A stretch of 64,000 nucleotides of DNA from Leptogorgia sarmentosa (taxonomy: Eukaryota): positions 3,224,001 through 3,288,000 of the forward strand of contig OZ210884.1 of the NCBI GenBank assembly GCA_964658305.1, in the 5' to 3' direction. Positions 37,101 to 52,600 of the stretch are shown here, one piece after another. Both the position numbers and the translations under genes were made by a program. The first letter of the stretch is position 1, and each line of letters begins with the position of its first letter. The notes beneath the pieces are model-generated. The model saw only the letters and a program-made list of their open reading frames with translations. It was not told the origin of the DNA and ran no database searches.

Positions 37101-38136
37101 TGACAATTATCATGAATATTGTGTCAAGAAAATTATATTTACGTATAAGTACATGGACACCATTTAAAGACCTGAATAACCATTCAGGAAACACTAAATG
37201 TCTATCATTTCGACGTCATAGGACGATGTATTTCAAAGCTTCTAGCCAGATTTTACGGCATTTTGTAAAGAGAAAAAACAGAAATACCACTGCTTTCAGC
37301 GTGCTGTATCCCGATTTTCGAATTAAGGTGCACAATTTCAACCAAGCAGAACTATATTTCGATACATCACAAATTTCAAACCCGTTTTTGTTTCGTTGAA
37401 ATTGAGTACATATTATGTAATATTAGAATGCTTTAAACGCCCCACCAGGAACCGTGGTCATGCTAAACAATATCGTTCCTTGTGATTTTATTAGAAATTG
37501 CTTGTTTTCAATGTCTTTGAGAAGGCAGAAATACTTGAAAAACCAAATTTTATTTCGGGTTACCAAATACCAAAGGAAAGGCACCAGTAGTCCTGCGATA
37601 ACCTCCACTTCATGTAATATATAATATAGATCTTCATGTCGAATCAGAAAACAAAGTAATATCAAATTCATATTTTAATTCAGTAAAGTAGTACAATATA
37701 TCGCCTGTATACGCCCACACTAGGGAAGCCTAGTTGAATGGACGTCTTCCGCCTTAGACAAATTCCTTGTTACGAATAAAGCAGGGAGTTTCACATCAAT
37801 ATTAGTATAAAATTGCAAAATTTTGTTATGACATGTTGTAAAACAGGCAAAGTAATTATTGCCCTCTGATGGAAGAATTGTCAATTCTTTCTTCGAGAAG
37901 AAAGTATGGAGGTTTCACTTTATTCACTTGGTAATTACAACACTTTTATATGCAAATTATTAAGTCAAGTTGTAGTTGTACTCTACTTAATCTGGCGTAT
38001 AGTACTTTCTTTTAAAGATTTGTATTTCCTCATTCGCATTGACTAGTATTTCATCTTCATATTGAGATCATCTTAAATAATTCATTAAGGCCCTTGAATA
38101 AGAAATTGGTAATTAGTAAATGAACACGTCACTTGT

Positions 38137-41100
38137 TGCAATCCGGTATAGTGTAATAGGGGCCTTAAAGAATGTCAATATATTTAGCTTTGTTGCATTT
38201 ACATACTGCCGTTCTTGTTGAAGATATGTAAATTCATATTCCAAAAATACATTTAATGTAATGTTATAGAGTTCCAAAATATCATTTTACCGCTGTTTCT
38301 GCTCAATTCAGTTGATTGCCAAGGATATAACTTATGAGAACGGAACACGTTGAAAAACAAAGAGCACTTGAACTACTCAAACGTTTTGATAAGAGCTACT
38401 TGAAACACTTCAATCACACAAAAACAACCACTTTAACCCCTCAATGGCATGACAACAACCACTTCAACCACTCGATCAAAACAGTTGAAGACAAATCACT
38501 CGAAAGCTGATAGCAACAACTCGATATTATAACTTCAGGCGAGGATATTTCGACAGTTTTTTTTTACTGTAAACACAGTACACACATTTACTGTAAACAC
38601 AATAACACAGCGAAACTTTTAATAGAAAAGATAACTTTATGCTAAATTTAGGAACAATAAGATTTGCCCATTTATTAATATGTGAGCGTGCGTAGTTTTG
38701 TATATTTTTTATACTAATCACTTTCTGTATTGGAAAGATGAGAAATGCAGAATTTTCCGTCGATTATAGCGACCGCTGTATATCCATCTATATTAATATG
38801 CGTGTTCATTGTATTTTCAAAATGAATTATTTACACATCGAACAGACTTCTTTAATTAATAACCCTCAAGAGTAGAATTGCGTCGCAAATTGGAGCAAAA
38901 ATTGGAGTAGGTAACAGGGCCTTAGATGACCCTATTTTTTGCAAGTAGTTATTTATTTCGACTAATGGAAGAAAAGAATATTAAATTTTTAAATTGGGTG
39001 ATTGTAAACAGCGCTAGAAAATGCGGACATGGGAACGAATGTATACGTTCTCGCCCCAGTGTCCTGGTTCATTCGGATATTAAAATTTTATAAGAAATAT
39101 ATATTGGTGCTCACCACTGATCTATACTATTACTGCATCGCGCATCGTATTGTGTTCAGTGACTGAATTTAATGAGATTCTGTTTATAAAATTAATGTGT
39201 CAAAATTCGAACTAAGCTAAAGCGATTGCTTTTTAAGTTAGGTTGGCAATAAACAACACATTTTCCGATGTAACTTGTGATTAAATAAAGCTCCAAACAT
39301 TTCGTAACGTATAGAAACGTATAGAAACTTTTTAGATATCTCACAACACCAGAATAGATTTCAGTGTGGCCATATGCATCCAATATGGCCACCAGCGACT
39401 TCATTTATTTATAGCAGATGCACTATATAAAATTATCATGGTCATCCATTTACGACATAAAATATCTTTTAGCAGATATAAAAAACTAAAAATGTACGTC
39501 TGAAGGAAGAGCTATGTATAGTTATATGTATTTTTTGGAAAAATGTACGACATCAATTTTAAAAGCCTTTTATTTATATTATCATGTAATATCTTTTAAA
39601 TGATAGCTACATGTATATCGATGCTTAATTGAGCTTACATTACAATGATCATAGGGCAAGTTAAACGTTCATTAATTATTACATTTAATTTAATTCGACA
39701 TTATATATTTGATATAAAGTATACAAATATATTATATAATGGTTCTTACCAGGAAACGGTTGTACTAATGCTGCCTCTTTTTACCGTGGGTAAAAGGCCT
39801 GGAACTAGCTACCGAATAGAAATGCATTTGATTTTTTAAATCAATTTATATATTTTGTTTTTCTTCTTGAAACTTTTTAATGATGCTAGGTGAAAAGTCT
39901 AGCATAAATTTGAATACAAAGTGAATTATATTTCACGAGATATTAAATTGATTGTGTAGAATGCGAGAGAGGCTCCGAATAATTGACAAAATAAAAATGT
40001 TCAACCACGCGCATATTGTAAGTTCCAAATTTTTTTTTGTGATAAAAGCCCAGGACCAAAGATCGTTTAAATTCCATTTGCTGGTCTAAGTCACTTACAT
40101 CTATAACATTTGATGTATAAACTTTGTAATCATGCTGAGTAGTCAAGAATGCAAGTCATTTACAAATTTGAAAACAATGTAAATTACATTTAACAAGATA
40201 TTACTTTTGTTGGGTAAAAAAATGGTGTTCTATTGTAGGTGTTTGTGTCTTAGATAAAAACTAATCGTGGCGAAATCCTCTGGATCTGAATGTTGAAACT
40301 AACGGCGTATGTAAGGTGAACCTTATTTTGTTTCGTTTACAAGCCTTGTTAATAGCATTCGATTAAAAGTCATTATCCGTTTAATATCTCGCAAATATTT
40401 CGTAATCAATTGTGGGTAAGGACAACTGTAGTTGGTCGCAAATTTCATGAGATATTAGATTGATCGTAGTGAAAAGTGCTGTTCTATTGGATAACCAATC
40501 CCAGTTCTTTTCCGTGCCATCATATCACCTGGTCATTATATATAATATCATATAATTTATACTGTATTTATATGTGGTATGAATATTCTTATATTTATGA
40601 ACTTGCATTTATATTTTTTATAGTAAGTCTTAGTGTTAAGGCATATGGTTTTTGGCTATTGGTATATCAATTCTTCGGAACACAAAACATAACTTTTTTT
40701 TGCTTCTTGTATAGCTGGTTTCCATCTTTAGACAACTCAGCAATTGGAACAGTATCATTCCTGAGCACAAAACCAGTCGGACAAACAGTAAGTTTTTTGG
40801 TTTTAGAATTCTGCTGTGCGTGCACTATTCCTTTAGCACATCCGACAACGGCCGTCTCCTCCTTTATTACCGCATATTTGACTTTAATTTTAACTTCATG
40901 GCATCCTCGGCTTTTGTTACATTTCACTCCGTAGGGAAACTTCGCGGGGAAAATTTTGTCTGATAGCCTACCATACATATTGCATGTACCAGCGCTCCCA
41001 TTTTGAATTGAACGAATCTGTCGTCCAGCTGAGGTGGAACTTCCCATTATGCTGATAATAACTAGTAAGATCAACGCCTGTATAAAGGAACAAAAGAATT

Positions 41101-44100
41101 AGGCATATATTTGACAAAAACTATTAAACAACAAAAAATAATAATTAAATTAAAATATATCGAGCCTGAAAAACGCAAAACTGCAGTCGTTTTTTTTCGG
41201 GTTAATAATAATGACTCACTGACTGCGAGGGTGAGGGCTGTACGGAAAATGTAAAACTGATCTCTTGCTCAAATTATTATACTGTATTTCATTAAGTACA
41301 TTCTATTTCTAGTACATTTTAAATATCGTCACTTATTTTAACACTTTTCTACTTTAACAAATAAAATTTTATCGAATTTTAAAGTTTTAATTTGTGATTG
41401 TTTTCCAGGCAGGGCAATAAAAATTGCGTATTGCCACTGGGCTATACGCGAAAATCCTGCCCGTCAGCGGTCAATCAAAATGCGCCATTCACCAAAACAA
41501 ATGCTTGCCATATAATAATAACCGTTCTTGGTTGAGAACTTGTAATTATATAGTCGTGGAACTAATTAATTGTTTACATTACATGGCTTTTTACCGAAAT
41601 ATCACTCGTACTCTCGTAAGCGTTTCGTTCAAGTATGAGCAGTTGACCGAGTAACTCGCTTTGCCGGCCGGGTAACCCGTTTTGAATGGAAAATTAGAGG
41701 TTTCCCCGTGAAATTTTAACATGAGGCACACGGGTAACTCGCTCCAGCGAGTTTTCGGTGGGAACAGGTAGGATCTCGCTCAGGCCAGACAAATGCTTTG
41801 CCATGTAAAGGCTTTGCCCGGGAAATTCGGCTAGGCGGGAACGATTTTTGTCAACAGCGCATGGGTATATTATACAAATAATGAATGTTTATATGCGCAA
41901 TGGCAAGAATATTTTCATGAGGGGAAAGATGGAATGTTCTATTCAACAAGGCGAAGCCGAGTTGAATGGAACATTCCATCTTTCACCGAATGGGGAAATG
42001 GAACTTTCTATTCAATATCACGTCTTTGTCTATTTCCTCGTTTAAAGCAAGACTGGAATCACTATTCAGTCCTTCCAGATTTACCGACTCCCACACGGCA
42101 ATCAGATAGAACAGAACGTATTATTTAAATTGCGTAATCTTAAATTTCACTACGTAACTTAAAATTTTCTTAATATTTATTGTGTATATTATTTCTGATT
42201 TTTGTTGCTACTTGTGTACAGATGGTCGTCCGTGTTTAAATATAGTTTATGTATCTATGTATGTGTACGTGACCGTAATTAACCAATCAATCGACCTGAA
42301 CGTAATAATACATACTACTATACAACAGGCACGAGGGACCTCATCTAACTTCTCGCTGTGTTGAACAATATGCCAAGTAAGTCGAGTCCATATAAACAGA
42401 CAGCTTGTTTGTCACGGCGAAGCAAGTACTAACTCGTTTAACCGGCTAATCTGGCGCCATATAGACAGGCTCTTAGTGACTTAAAATAGTTAATTAGCCG
42501 CTCGAGAACGTACGGGCTTGACACTGTCACAGATAACGTCATGATATTTACAATGAAGAAACAACACTTACATTCGTCATTGAGGGCAAGTTGGATGTAG
42601 TCTTGGAATATATCATTTTCGTTTATTTCTCTTGGTATGATGAAGAACGATGAAGAACGATCACTTTAAGTTTTAACTTTAACTTTCACCCGTTTCTGTT
42701 ATTCTGGTGGTCTGAGGGGATTGCATCGCTTATTTATATACCCGTCCAAAAGTTATATTTGAATGCATTACCTAAATCTCTGTGCGTGCTACAAGATACC
42801 TCACTGAAACGCCCACGAACTGCGTGCCCGTATTACATGGGATCAGATATTTCGTTACAGTACTTCAACTGGAAAGCGAAATACGACATGTATACTTGCC
42901 AAATTATTGTTAAATTGAAACTTTCTGACGCTATTAGGCTAGAGAAATTGGACTGTATTTTCCCTATGCTTATTTTCTCGGCCATGTCAAGTTAATGTTT
43001 CCGCTTTGATTTAAAGTGTCTATGAACTCAAAAATTCATATTCAATTTTTTGGGTTTATATGATAGCTGTGGGAATGAAACATACGTGAAAAGTTGTTTG
43101 ACGAAAATCTGTTGAATAGTTCCCGAGAAATGTAAGCTCAAAATTTGAATATGTTGGTCATTTTTTTTGTGAGAACTGGCAACGAGTTTAGTGTGGTCAT
43201 GTCGTAGGCAAATGGACACGAACGCGCATGAACCTATACAATCAATAACAAAACTTAGTCTGCAAGTTTATCTGCACAAGCCAGCTTCGGCGAAAACGAA
43301 ATTTATGAACTGTTTTTCGTGTTCCAAACATATCCTGACGATCCGCTTGCTAATAGCGGCGATTAAGTAGTGAAGGAAAATGAAACGGACGACGAGGCTG
43401 CTATTTCATCTCAAACACTTGCGCACCAATATGAGTATAGGAATTAAATTCAAAACATTGCCAGAAATCGTCACCACGCGAATTAATTATACTCGCCCCA
43501 CGCTACTTCAGTGCGCGCGATAGATAACAAAAATAATAGGAAAACATATACAAGCCAATATTTATTCTTAAAATACAGATTTTAGTACATTAGGGGTTTA
43601 GATCACATATCGTAGCCACTACACCAGTAATTTTGACATTTTTTCTTATCTTGTCATGTTGGTAACTTTGGAAAGAAAGCTGCCGAGCAATCTTTGATAT
43701 AAATGTACGTCGTGTTGGCAGAATGTCTGTTAGGCTACTCGTTTTGCACAAATTGTGAAAAAATTGAATCTGTACGGGTAGTATTTCTATGATGGTTAAT
43801 TAATAATATTATGTAGTTATTAGGCAATGACAATCGTGATTAGCCGATTTGCGGCCACATGTACCCAATTAAATGTAACGTTCCCATGCGGAATAAGTGA
43901 AAAGCTGTTGTCTTCTCCTAAATCAAAATATTTAGCTATAAACATGCAAGTTTAAAACGTTTTTTAGTTTTTTCGAATCTAGAGAATCTATAAATGACAA
44001 AAATATGCCGCAGGCAAATCCATTATTGACACGCTTTTCAATTCTAAATCGCTTACTTTGTATTGTCTTCGTCACAAAAATGCGAAGTTTATTTTTATGA

Positions 44101-46660
44101 ATATTTTCTCGGATTTTATATCGTTGCTATACCAACTAGACTTCGTCCGACGAAATATTGAGTCACTCGGGAACTCACTACGTACTCGCCTGCAGGCATA
44201 CATTAAGTGCATAATATTGGCTTAATATCGCATCGCTTTTGTTATTGTATTCGTTCCAGCCTCACAAATTATTCCTTCTACTTCCAAGAACTTGTCACTG
44301 TCAACGGGTAATTTATCAGAGTGTTTTATAAATGACGACAATATATGAAATTTTGTATTATAAGCGTGAATAATAAGTATTCAAAAATAGGAATTTTTCG
44401 CATAATTTTTATTAACTTATAAAAGATTGATATGATTGTGTCTAAATTTCTGAAATTACTAAAAAGTGAAAAAATGCGAGAAAACTAGCTAAAGCAAACA
44501 GGAATCGGAAATGCAAGCACGCAAACTTTGTCGGTATTGTAGCACTTCTAGTGTTTCATATATTTATTGATTGTAATATTTAGTGTTACAGTAAAATGCA
44601 TAAATAAACATGGGACACTTATATTTTAGGTGAGACGTTTATATAAACAAGAAAGTTAATGCCTCAGAATTATGTTGCATATAGAATATCACCACCCCGC
44701 GAAGATTTCTTTCACCAAATTATTTGTGATGCATTGATGAATTTGGTTCCAGCACTGTTTCCAGTTCCCTGTTCCTGTCACGCTATATTGTTGAATCTCT
44801 GAAACGTTGAATCTTTGTATCGCTGTATCGTTTTTGTGCTTGCCGTAAGTTCTGCCTTTATTTGGACGTCCCACTTTTGTTTACATCATAGCCTGAAGAT
44901 AAATTTTGCTGGCCAAAAAGCAACTGTTTGTAGAATATAAAAAATTTAGGAATTGCAAACTTTCAAAAGTTCCAAGTGAGGTTCTTTTCATTTTTTTGCC
45001 TCAACGTGGGAGAATGGCGTATACGACCGGCCATTAATTGCACTCACGATCGCCCAATATGACTTAACTGAAAGAAACAACGACAATACGTCATAGCAAC
45101 TAGGTAGTAGCTACAACTGCCTTTCTGAGCTGCTGCATCTTTTTTCAATAAGTAAACACAATAAAACGGTCGTGAAGTCATAGAAAATTATCACTATTTG
45201 TTTTGGTTCAATAAGCAGAAGGCGAAGTCCTAATGACAACTGTGCATGAGCAAATTATCATTCGTAGGTGAGCGAGAGTTTTGAACGATAAGCGCATGCT
45301 TGGTAAACTGCTTCCACCAATTAGTTGCAGTTAAAGTGGTTTTTAGGCAGCCATTTTCAGTCAAATTGCCTAATCACATTTTCGAATTTAATTCGGTGAC
45401 ATCGAATACATTAATAAGTAAATTGCGATATCACGAATAATTTGAATGGCATCCAATTGGACGAAACTTTCAAGTCTGAAAGGGGCATTTGTAAAGCAAT
45501 ATCAGAGCAAACACACTATCAGTTAAATTTTTCACAAAGGGTATTCTTGGGAAATGTACTTTCAAAAACTTCACTATTGCTGAAACTGACAAGTGACAAT
45601 TATCATGAATATTGTGTCAAATAAATTATATGCAAATATTTACGTATAAGTACATGGACACCATTTAAAGACCTGAATAACCATTCAGGAAACACTAAAT
45701 GTCTATCCTTTTGACGTCATAGGACGATGTATTTCAAAGCTTCTAGCCAGATTTTACGGCATTTTGTAAAGAGAAAAAACAGAAATATACCACTGCTTTT
45801 AGCGTGCTGTATCCCGATTTTCGAATTAAGGTGCACAATTTTAACCAAGCAGAACTGTATTTCAAGTTTCTGACGTATCATAAGAGAGGAAATAAATATT
45901 TGCGATATTTCGTAAAATACGATACATCATAAATTTCAAACACGTTTTTGTTTCGTTGAAATTGAGTACATATTATGTAATATTAGAATGCTTTAAACGC
46001 CCCACCAGGAACCGTGGTCATGCTAAACAATATCGTTCCTTGTGATTTTATTAGAAATTGCTTGTTTTCAATGTCTTTGAGAAGGCAGAAATACTTGAAA
46101 AGCCAAATTTTATTTCGTGTTACCAAATACCAAAGGAAAGGCACCATTAGTCCAGCGATAACCTCCACTTCATGTAATATATAATATAGATCTTCATGTC
46201 GAATCAGAAAACAAAGTAATATCAAATTCATATATTTTAATTCAGTAAAGTAGTACATTCAGTAAAGTACTTCCGCCTTAGACAAATTCCTTGTTACGAA
46301 TAAAGCAGGGAGTTTCACATCAATATTAGTATAAAATTGCAAAATTTTGTTATGACATGTTGTAAAACAGGCAAAGTAATTATTGCCCTCTGATGGAAGA
46401 ATTGTCAATTCTTTCTTCGAGAAGAAAGTATGGAGGTTTCACTTTATTCACTTGGTAATTACAACACTTTTATATGCAAATTATTAAGTCAAGTTGTAGT
46501 TGTACTCTACTTAATCTGGCGTATAGTACTTTCTTTTAAAGATTTGTATTTCCTCATTCGCATTGACTAGTATTTCATCTTCATATTGAGATCATCTTAA
46601 ATAATTCATTAAGGCCCTTGAATAAGAAATTGGTAATTAGTAAATGAACACGTCACTTGT
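38137..46660. repeat. Tandem duplication unit 3 (~8.5 kb)
   Basis: Starts with tgcaatccggtatagtgtaataggggcc and is colinear with the other units. Confidence 0.95.
40667..42616 (-). CDS. Small secreted 6-Cys protein, copy 3 (exon 1 42616-42572, exon 2 41077-40667)
   Basis: Same structure; variants LLVII, KKVMFC. Confidence 0.85.
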
Positions 46661-49600
46661 TGCAATCCGGTATAGTGTAATAGGGGCCTTAAAGAATGTC
46701 AATATATTTAGCTTTGTTGCATTTACATACTGCCGTTCTTGTTGAAGATATGTAAATTCATATTCCAAAAATACATTTAATGTAATGTTATAGAGTTCCA
46801 AAATATCATTTTACCGCTGTTTCTGCTCAATTCAGTTGATTGCCAAGGATATAACTTATGAGAACGGAACACGTTGAAAAACAAAGAGCACTTGAACTAC
46901 TCAAACGTTTTGATAAGAGCTACTTGAAACACTTCAATCACACAAAAACAACCACTTTAACCCCTCAATGGCATGACAACAACCACTTCAACCACTCGAT
47001 CAAAACAGTTGAAGACAAATCACTCGAAAGCTGATAGCAACAACTCGATATTATAACTTCAGGCGAGGATATTTCGACAGTTTTTTTTACTGTAAACACA
47101 GTACACACATTTACTGTAAACACAGTAACACAGCGAAACTTTTAATAGAAAAGATAACTTTATGCTAAATTTAGGAACAATAAGATTTGCCCATTTATTA
47201 ATATGTGAGCGTGCGTAGTTTTGTATATTTTTTATACTAATCACTTTCTGTATTGGAAAGATGAGAAACGCAGAATTTTCCGTCGATTATAGCGACCGCT
47301 GTATATATCCATCTATAACATTAATATGCGTGTTCATTGCATTTTCAAAATGAATTATTTACACATCGAACAGACTTCTTTAATTAATAACCCTCAAGAG
47401 TAGAATTGCGTAGCAAATTGGAGCAAAAATTGGAGTAGGTAACAGGGATAGATGGCCCTATTTTTTGCAAGTAGTTATTTATTTCGACTAATGGGTGATT
47501 GTAAACAGCGCTAGAAAATGCGGACATGGGAACGAATGTATACGTTCTCGCCCCAGTGTCCTGGTTCACTCGGATATTACTATTTTACAAGAAATATATT
47601 TTGGTGCTGACCACTGATCTATACTATTACTGCATCGCACATCGTATTGTGTTCAGTGACTCAATTTAATGAGATTCGGTTTATAAATGTGTCAAATTTC
47701 GAACTAAGCTAAAGCGATTGCTTTTCAAGTTAAGTTGGCTATAATCAACACATTTTCCGATGTAACTTGTGAAATAAAGCTCCAAACATTTCGTAACGTA
47801 TAGAAACTTTTTAGATATCTCACAACACCAGAATAAATTTGAGTGTGGCCATATGCATCCAATATGGCCACCAGCGGCTTCATTTATTTATAGCAGATGC
47901 ACTATATAAAATTATCATGGTCATCCATTTACGACATAAAATATCTTTTAGCAGATATAAAAAACTAAAAATGTACGTCTGAAGGAAGAGCTATGTATAG
48001 TTATATGTATTTTTTGGAAAAATGTACGACATCAATTTTAAAAGCCTTTTATTTATATTATCATGTAATATCTTTTAAATGATAGCTACATGTATATCGA
48101 TGCTTAATTGAGCTTACATTACAATGATCATAGGGCAAGTTAAACGTTCATTAATTATTACATTTAATTTAATTCGACATTATATATTTGATATAAAGTA
48201 TACAAATATATTATATAATGGTTCTTACCAGGAAACGGTTGTACTAATGCTGCCTCTTTTTACCGTGGGTAAAAGGCCTGGAACTAGCTACCGAATAGAA
48301 AATGCATTTGATGTTTTAAATCAGTTATATATTTTGTGTTTCTTCTTGAAACTTTTTAATGATGCTAGGTGAAAAGTCTAGCATAAATTTGAATACAAAG
48401 TGAATTATATTTCACGAGATATTAAATTGATTGTGTAGAATGCGAGAGAGGCTCCGAATAATTGACAAAATAAAAATGTTCAAACACGCGCATATTGTAA
48501 GTTCCAAATTTTTTTTGTGATAAAAGCCCAGGACCAAAGATCGTTTAAATTCCATTTGCTGGTCTAAGTCACTTACATCTATAACATTTGATGTATAAAC
48601 TTTGTAATCATGCTGAGTAGTGAAGAAGGCAAGTCATTCACAAATTTGAAAACAATGTAAATTACATTTAACAAGATATTACTTTTGTTGGGTAAAAAAA
48701 TGGTGTTCTATTATAGGTGTTTGTGTCTTAGATAAAAACTAATCGTGGCGAAATCCTCTGGATCTGAATGTTAAAACTCACGGCGTATGTAAGGTGAACC
48801 TTATTTTGTTTCGTTTACAAGCCTTGTTAATAGCATTCGATTAAAAGTCATTATCCGTTTAATATCTCGCAAATATTTCGTAATCAATTGTGGGTAAGGA
48901 CAACTGTAGTTGGTCGCAAATTTCATGAGATATTAGATTGATCGTAGTGAAAAGTGCTGTTCTATTGAATAACCAATCCCAGTTTTTTTCCGTGCCATCA
49001 TATCACCTGGTCATTATATATAATATCATATAATTTATACTGTATTTATATGTGGTATGAATATTCTTATATTTATGAACTTGCATTTATATTTTTTATA
49101 GTAAGTCTTAGTGTTAAGGCATATGGTTTTTGGCTATTGGTATATCAATTCTTCGGAACACAAAACATAACTTTTTTTTGCTTCTTGTATAGCTGGTTTC
49201 CATCTTTAGACAACTCAGCAATTGGAACAGTATCATTCCTGAGCACAAAACCAGTCGGACAAACAGTAAGTTTTTTGGTTTTAGAATTCTGCTGTGCGTG
49301 CACTATTCCTTTAGCACATCCGACAACGGCCGTCTCCTCCTTTATTACCGCATATCTGACTTTAATTTTAACTTCATGGCATCCTCGGCTTTTGTTACAT
49401 TTCACTCCGTAGGGAAACTTCGCGGGGAAAATTTTGTCTGATAGCCTACCATACATATTGCATGTACCAGCGCTCCCATTTTGAATTGAACGAATCTGTC
49501 GTCCAGCTGAGGTGGAACTTCCCATTATGCTGATAATAACTAGTAAGATCAACGCCTGTATAAAGGAACAAAAGAATTAGGCATATATTTGACAAAAACA

Positions 49601-52600
49601 TTATTATAAACAACTAAAAATAATAATTAAATAATAATATAAATTATTCTAATACGCATCGAGCCTGAAAAACGGCAAAATTGCAGTCGTTTTTTTTCGG
49701 GTTAATAATGTTAACTTATTGCCTGAGAGTGAGGGCTGTACGGGAAAATATCAAACTGAAATCTTGTTCAAATTATTATACTGTACTTCATTAATCTGTA
49801 AAAAACAGTTTGCTATCCTTCATTTTAAACGTCGTCGCTTATTATAACACTTTTCTACTTTAAAGTTTTTGTGATTGTTTTCCAGACAGGGCAATAAAGA
49901 TTGCGTATTGCCCGTGGGCTATACGCGAAAATCCTGCCCGTCAGCGCTCAATCAAATTGCGCCATTCGCCAAAACAAATTCTTGCCATATAATAATAACC
50001 GTTCTTGGTTAAGAACTTGTAATTATACAGTCGTGGAACTAATTGTTTACATTGCATCGCTTTTTACCGAAATATCACTCGTACTCTCGTAAGCGTTTCG
50101 TTCAAGTATGAGCGGTTGACCGAGTAACTCGCTTTGCCGGCCGGGTAACCCGTTTTGAATAGAAAATTACAGGTTTCCACGTGAAATGTTTACATGAGGC
50201 ACACGGGTAACTCGCTCCAGCGAGTTTTCGGTGGGAACAGGTAGGATCTCGCTCAGGTCAGACAAATGCTTTGCCATGTAAAGGCTTTGCCCGGGAAATT
50301 CGGCTAGGCGGGAACGATTTTTGTCAACAGCGCATGGGTATATTATACAAATAATGAATGTTTAAGTGTGCAATGGTAAGAATATTTTCATGAGGGGAAA
50401 GATGGAATGTTCTATTCAACAAGGCGAAGCCGAGTTGAATGGAACATTCCATCTTTCACCGAATGGGGAAATGGAACTTTCTATTCAATATCACGTCTTC
50501 GTCTATTTCCTCGTTTAAAGCAAGACTGGAATCACTATTCAGTCCTTCCAGATTTACCGACTCCCACACGGCAATCAGATAGAACAGCACGTATTATTTA
50601 ATTACGTAATCTTAAATTTCACTACGTAACTTAAAATTTTCTGAATATTTATTGTGTATTATTTCCGATTTTTGTTGCTACTTGTGTACAGACGGTCGAT
50701 CGTCCGTGTTTAAATAAAGTTTATGTATCTATGTATGTGTACGTGACCGTAATTAACCAATCAATCGACCTGAACGTAATAATGCATACTACTATACAAC
50801 AGGCACGAGGGACCTCATCTAACTTCTCGCTGTGTTGAACAATATGCCAAGTAAGTCGGGTCCATATAAACAGACAGCTTGTTTGTCACGGCGAAGCAAG
50901 TACTAACTCGTTCAACCGGCTAATCTGGCGCCATATAGACAGGCTCTTAGTGACTTAAAATAGTTAATTAGCCGCTCGAGAACGTACGGGCTTGACACTG
51001 TCACAGATAACGTCATGATATTTACAATGAAGAAACAACACTTACATTCGTCATTGAGGGCAAGTTGGATGTAGTCTTGGAATATATCATTTTCGTTTAT
51101 TTCTCTTGGTATGATGAAGAACGATGAAGAACGATCACTTTAAGTTTTAACTTTAACTTTCACCCGTTTCTGTTATTCTGGTGGTCTGAGGGGATTGCAT
51201 CGCTTATTTATACCCGTCCAAAAGTTATATTTGAATGCATTACCTAAATCTCTTTGCGTGCTACAAGATACCTCACTGAAACGCCCACGAACTGCGTGCC
51301 CGTATTACATGGGATCAGATATTTCGTTACAGTACTTCAACTGGAAAGCGAAATACGACATGTATACTTGCCAAATTATTGTTAAATTGAAACTTTCTGA
51401 CCCAATTAGGCTAGAGAAATTGGACTGTATTTTCCCTATGCTTATTTTCTCGGCCATGTCAAGTTAATGTTTCCGCTTTGATTTAAAGTGTCTATGAACT
51501 CAAAAATTCATATTCAATTTTTTGGGTTTATATGATAGCTGTGGGAATGAAACATAAGTGAAAAGTTGTTTGACGAAAATCTGTTGAATAGTTCCCGAGA
51601 AATGTAAGCTCAAAATTTGAATATTTTGGTCATTTTTTTTTGTGAGAACTGGCAACGAGTTTAGTGTGGTCATGACGTAGGCAAATGGACACGAACGCGC
51701 ATGAGCCTATACAATCAATAACAAAACTTAGTCTGCAAGTTTATCTGCACAAGCCAGCTTCGGCGAAAACGAAATTTATGAACTGTTTTTCGTGTTCCAA
51801 ACATATCCTGACGATCCGCTTGCTAATAGCGGCGATGAAGTACTGAAGGAAAATGAAACGGACGACGAGGCTGCTATTTCATCTCAAACACTTGCGCACC
51901 AATATGAGTATAGGAATTAAATTCAAAACATTGCCAGAAATCGTCACCAGGCGAATTAATTATACTCGCCCCACTCTACTTCAGTGCGCGCGATAGATAA
52001 TTAGGAAAACATATACAAAAATATTTGGAAAACATATACAAGCCAATATTTATTCTTAAGACACAGATTTTAGTACATTAGGGGTTTAGATCACATATCG
52101 TAGCCTCTACACCAGTAATTTTGACATGTTTTCTTATCTTGTCATGTTGGTAACTTTGGAAAGAAAGCTGCCGAGCAATCTTTGATATAAATGTACGTCG
52201 TGTTGGCAGAGTGTCTGTTAGGCTACTCGTTTTGCACAAATTGTGAAAAAATTGATTTGTACGGATAGTATTTCTATGATGGTTAATTAATAATATTATG
52301 TAGTTATTAGGCAATGACAATCGTGATTAGCCGATTTGCGGCCACATGTACCCAATTAAATGTAACGTTCCCATGCGGAATAAGTGAAAAGCTGTTGTCT
52401 TCTCCTAAATCAAAATATTTAGCTATAAACATGCAAGTTTAAAACGTTTTTTTAGTTTTTTTCGAATCTAGAGAATCTATACAAATGACAAAAATATGCC
52501 GCAGGCAAATCCATTATTGACACGCTTTTCAATTCTAAATCGCTTACTTTGTATTGTCTTCGTCACAAAAATGCGAAGTTTATTTTTATGAATATTTTCT

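Larger units (their letters stand above)
25599..38136. repeat. Tandem duplication unit 2 (~12.5 kb including ~4.1 kb of private insertions)
   Basis: Starts with tgcaatctggtatagtgtaataggggac. Colinear with unit 1 except for insertions at 28938-32576 and 32933-33396. Confidence 0.95.
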
